A stretch of DNA of 61,192 nt, the filler included, from Fonticula-like sp. SCN 57-25 (Eukaryota), in the NCBI GenBank assembly GCA_001724245.1. It is 10 parts of 10 records of this genome, joined end to end, with 100 filler letters (N's around TTAATTAATTAA, not from the genome) between each part and the next. Parts side by side here need not be neighbours in the genome. Positions count along the whole stretch, not along the records: positions 55,896 to 61,192 come from MEDX01000669.1; 9 more parts are not named here. One strand, 5' to 3'. The notes under the pieces were generated by a model that did no database searches, had not been told where the DNA came from, and worked only from the letters and a program-made list of their open reading frames with translations. This document shows, piece after piece, positions 58,631 through 61,192 of this stretch (within the stretch, counting starts at the first letter, position 1; each line of letters begins with the position of its first letter). A program made the translations under genes and the position numbers.

Positions 58631-60068
58631 ATGGCCGCGCGGCGCTTTGTGGGCATGGCCGAGGCGGGGCGCGTGCCGGCGCCCGACATTGAGGGGGCGG
58701 TGGCGGCGCCAAAGGCGAGGAGCGCGGGGACAGCGCCGTCGTCGATGGTGCCAGAGGAGCTGCTGAACGACGTCGAGCTGAACGCGGCGATCAAGCGGCT
58801 GCCGGCAAACTACAATTTTGAGGTGCACAAGTCGGTGTGGCGCATTCGGAGGGAAAAGGCCACGCGCGTCGCGCTGCAGTTCCCCGAGGGTCTCATGATG
58901 TACGCGTGTCTCCTGAGCGACGTGTTTGAGCGCTTCTGCGATGTCGAGTGCGTCATTCTCGGTGACGTGACGTACGGCGCGTGCTGCGTGGACGACTTTA
59001 CCGCGCGCGCCATGAACTGCGACCTCCTGATCCACTACGGGCACAGCTGCCTCGTGCCCGTCGACCAGACCGACATTAAGACAATGTACGTCTTTGTCGA
59101 GATCGCCGTCGATGTCAAGCACTTTGTCGACACTGTCCGCTTCAACTTTGCGCCGGGATCGCGCCTCGCGCTCGTCACCACCGTTCAGTTCCTGACATCG
59201 CTCCACGTGCGCCTTCGTTTTGTAGTCCTCCCTCACTGACTCCTTTCATGTAGCTGGCCAAGGACGAGCTTGCCAAGGACTATACGCTTTTCGTCCCGCA
59301 GGCGCGGCCGCTCTCTGCCGGCGAGCTGCTCGGCTGCACCGCCGCCAAGCTCGGCGACCACGACGCCCTCGTGTACGCCCCCGCCGCCCTTTTGGCAGTT
59401 GACTCACGTGGCCTTGTAGGTACCTTGCCGACGGCCGTTTCCACCTTGAGGCGAGCATGATTGCCAACCCGACGCTGCCGGCGTACCGCTACGACCCGTA
59501 CGCCAAGGTCTTTAGCATTGAAAAGTACGACACGGAGCAGATGCACGCCATGCGCAAGGAGGCCATCGAAGCCGGTACGTCATTTGGAAATTTGTGTTTA
59601 TTTTGAAGCCTTTTTATATGTAATTTTGACACATTTTCTGCCTTCCAGCACGTGGCGCCAAGCGGTTTGGCATCATTTTGGGCACGNCGTGGCGCCAAGC
59701 GGTTTGGCATCATTTTGGGCACGCTCGGCCGCCAGGGAAGCCCCAAGGTGCTGCAAAACTTGCAGGACAAGATCACGTCATCCGGCCGGTCGTACTGCGT
59801 TGTGCTGCTATCAGAAATCATGCCGGCAAAGATGGCGCTCTTTAGGGACGTGGACGCGTGGGTTCAGATTGCGTGCCCGCGCCTTTCCATCGACTGGGGC
59901 TATGCCTTTGCGCGGCCGCTCCTCACGCCGTACGAGCTGCACGTGGCCCTTGAGACGATCCCGTGGCAGCCAGTGTACCCAATGGACTTTTACTCGAAAG
60001 AGTCGCTGGGGCCGTGGACGCCAAACCACGCGCCGCGCAAGGTCACTGCTTCGGCCGCTGCCAAGTAA
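58631..60068 (+). CDS. DPH1: Diphthamide biosynthesis protein 1, spliced
   Basis: [80 protein letters not shown]. Confidence 0.95.
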
Positions 60069-60187
60069 CAAAATGCCCACTTTTGTCTTTTTTTGCGTGT
60101 ACATTCAGTATAAAATGTCTTTTTTCTGTGCTTCATTCTATAAATGCTCTATTAAAAGTACAAAAAGTTCAGTTTCGCGCGCCGCCA

Positions 60188-61192
60188 TCACAGGTACCAC
60201 GCGAGCATCCTGACAATGATTGACCCGAGCGTCGCAAAGAGCAAAAAGTAGTGCGCCTCTGCAAACGCCTTTATGATTCCGACCAGTGCGTTGCCGCGCG
60301 GGAACACTCCCGTGAGGCTAAAGAAGGCGAGGAAAGCGACGCCGTACATCGGCCCGAACGAGATGAGCGACACCTTTGGTGGCGGCGTGTATGAGTCGAC
60401 CGGCCGCCGGTTGGCGATGGCGATGAGGTTGAGTGCGGTGCGCTCGGCCTGCGCGATGGCGTTTGTCGCGAGGTTGCCGTCGGAGCGGTCGTTGACGTCG
60501 CCGACGGCAAAGATGCGCTCGTGGCCGGGCACCTGCAGGTACGAGTTGACCTTGACGTAGCCGGCGGCGTTGATGGACGAGGCAAAGTGCTCGCGCATGA
60601 CGGCCGAGTTGGGCGTCACGCCGCCGCACATGTACGCAAGGTCGACGTGGAGCGTGCTCTCGTCGCCGAGCTGGAAGAGACGGCGCGGCGAGCTCGATGT
60701 CAGCTCGCGGGCGGTCTGCGAGAGGTAGAGGCGGCAGTTTGGCCGCGAGCGGAAGAAGCGCTCGGCGGCGGCGCCGAGATCGGGATGCAGACCAGACATC
60801 AGGCGCGCCTCGTTGTGGACAATGTGAACGAGTTTGTCGGGGTTCCGCATGGCAATCTCGGAGGCAAGCTCGACGCCAACGGGGCCGCCGCCGACGATCA
60901 GCACGTCGCGGGCGCGCGAGATGCGCTCCGATTCGGCCGCCATCTGCGCCGCCCGGCCGGCGATCGTCTGCGATACCATCGGCGACTTGAATACGGGCTC
61001 GCGCGTCGACGAGCCAGAGGCAAGCACAAGATAGTCATAGTCGAAGGTCTCGCCGCTCACGAGCACCACCTGCGTCGGCGTCACCACCTGCACGGCGCCA
61101 TGCACCACCCGCCCGCGCCGCACATACGACGAATGGGCCATGCAAATGTTTTCGGACAGGCGATGCGCATCGCGCACAGATGGCTGTCCCAT
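60188..61192 (-). CDS. AIFM2/FSP1-like FAD/NADH oxidoreductase, 5'-partial
   Basis: YDYLVLASGS, VLIVGGGPVGVELASEI, GYVKVNSYLQV..IFAVGD. Confidence 0.85.
   Translation of the reverse strand: MGQPSVRDAHRLSENICMAHSSYVRRGRVVHGAVQVVTPTQVVLVSGETFDYDYLVLASGSSTREPVFKSPMVSQTIAGRAAQMAAESERISRARDVLIVGGGPVGVELASEIAMRNPDKLVHIVHNEARLMSGLHPDLGAAAERFFRSRPNCRLYLSQTARELTSSSPRRLFQLGDESTLHVDLAYMCGGVTPNSAVMREHFASSINAAGYVKVNSYLQVPGHERIFAVGDVNDRSDGNLATNAIAQAERTALNLIAIANRRPVDSYTPPPKVSLISFGPMYGVAFLAFFSLTGVFPRGNALVGIIKAFAEAHYFLLFATLGSIIVRMLAWYL

Noticed and set aside
54427-60068. Translation-modification cluster (CTU1 + DPH1)
   Set aside because: The genes are on different contigs separated by a linker.

Overview
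This window is not one locus. It is ten intron-rich eukaryotic (protist-like) contigs joined by artificial 100-nt N..TTAATTAATTAA..N linkers, so adjacency only has meaning within a contig, and the contigs may come from different organisms. Most content is housekeeping: ATG16-like, kanadaptin, OSBP, a Y-family polymerase, MYBBP1A/Pol5, a NEK kinase, a CRC/LIN54-like protein, an LRR protein, dymeclin, ELAPOR-like, CHP/calcineurin-B-like, DDB1, cullin-1, TIM44, REI1/ZNF622, GH38 mannosidase, CTU1, AKAP17A-like, DPH1 and AIFM2-like genes, plus two tRNA-Tyr genes and one tRNA-His. Two things stand out. (1) A tandem family of three paralogues has the layout WD40 propeller(s), PQA-repeat linker, coiled coil, tandem SAM-like domains. 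The blades sit on phase-0 exons, the predicted binding-face loops vary strongly, all copies share an upstream CACGTG, and one copy has TAA at a conserved Trp codon. It is a candidate diversifying receptor system. (2) In contigs 4-6 each exon block between long AT-rich spacers flips from C-rich to G-rich, including at synonymous codon positions, and long introns have complementary purine-rich and pyrimidine-rich ends. Other oddities are a RasGAP-DUF547-DUF547 fusion, a zipper-less Maf/CNC-type basic-region protein, a tRNA abutting a kinase start codon, and GTRCG splice donors. All family calls come from recognising motifs by eye, not from database searches.
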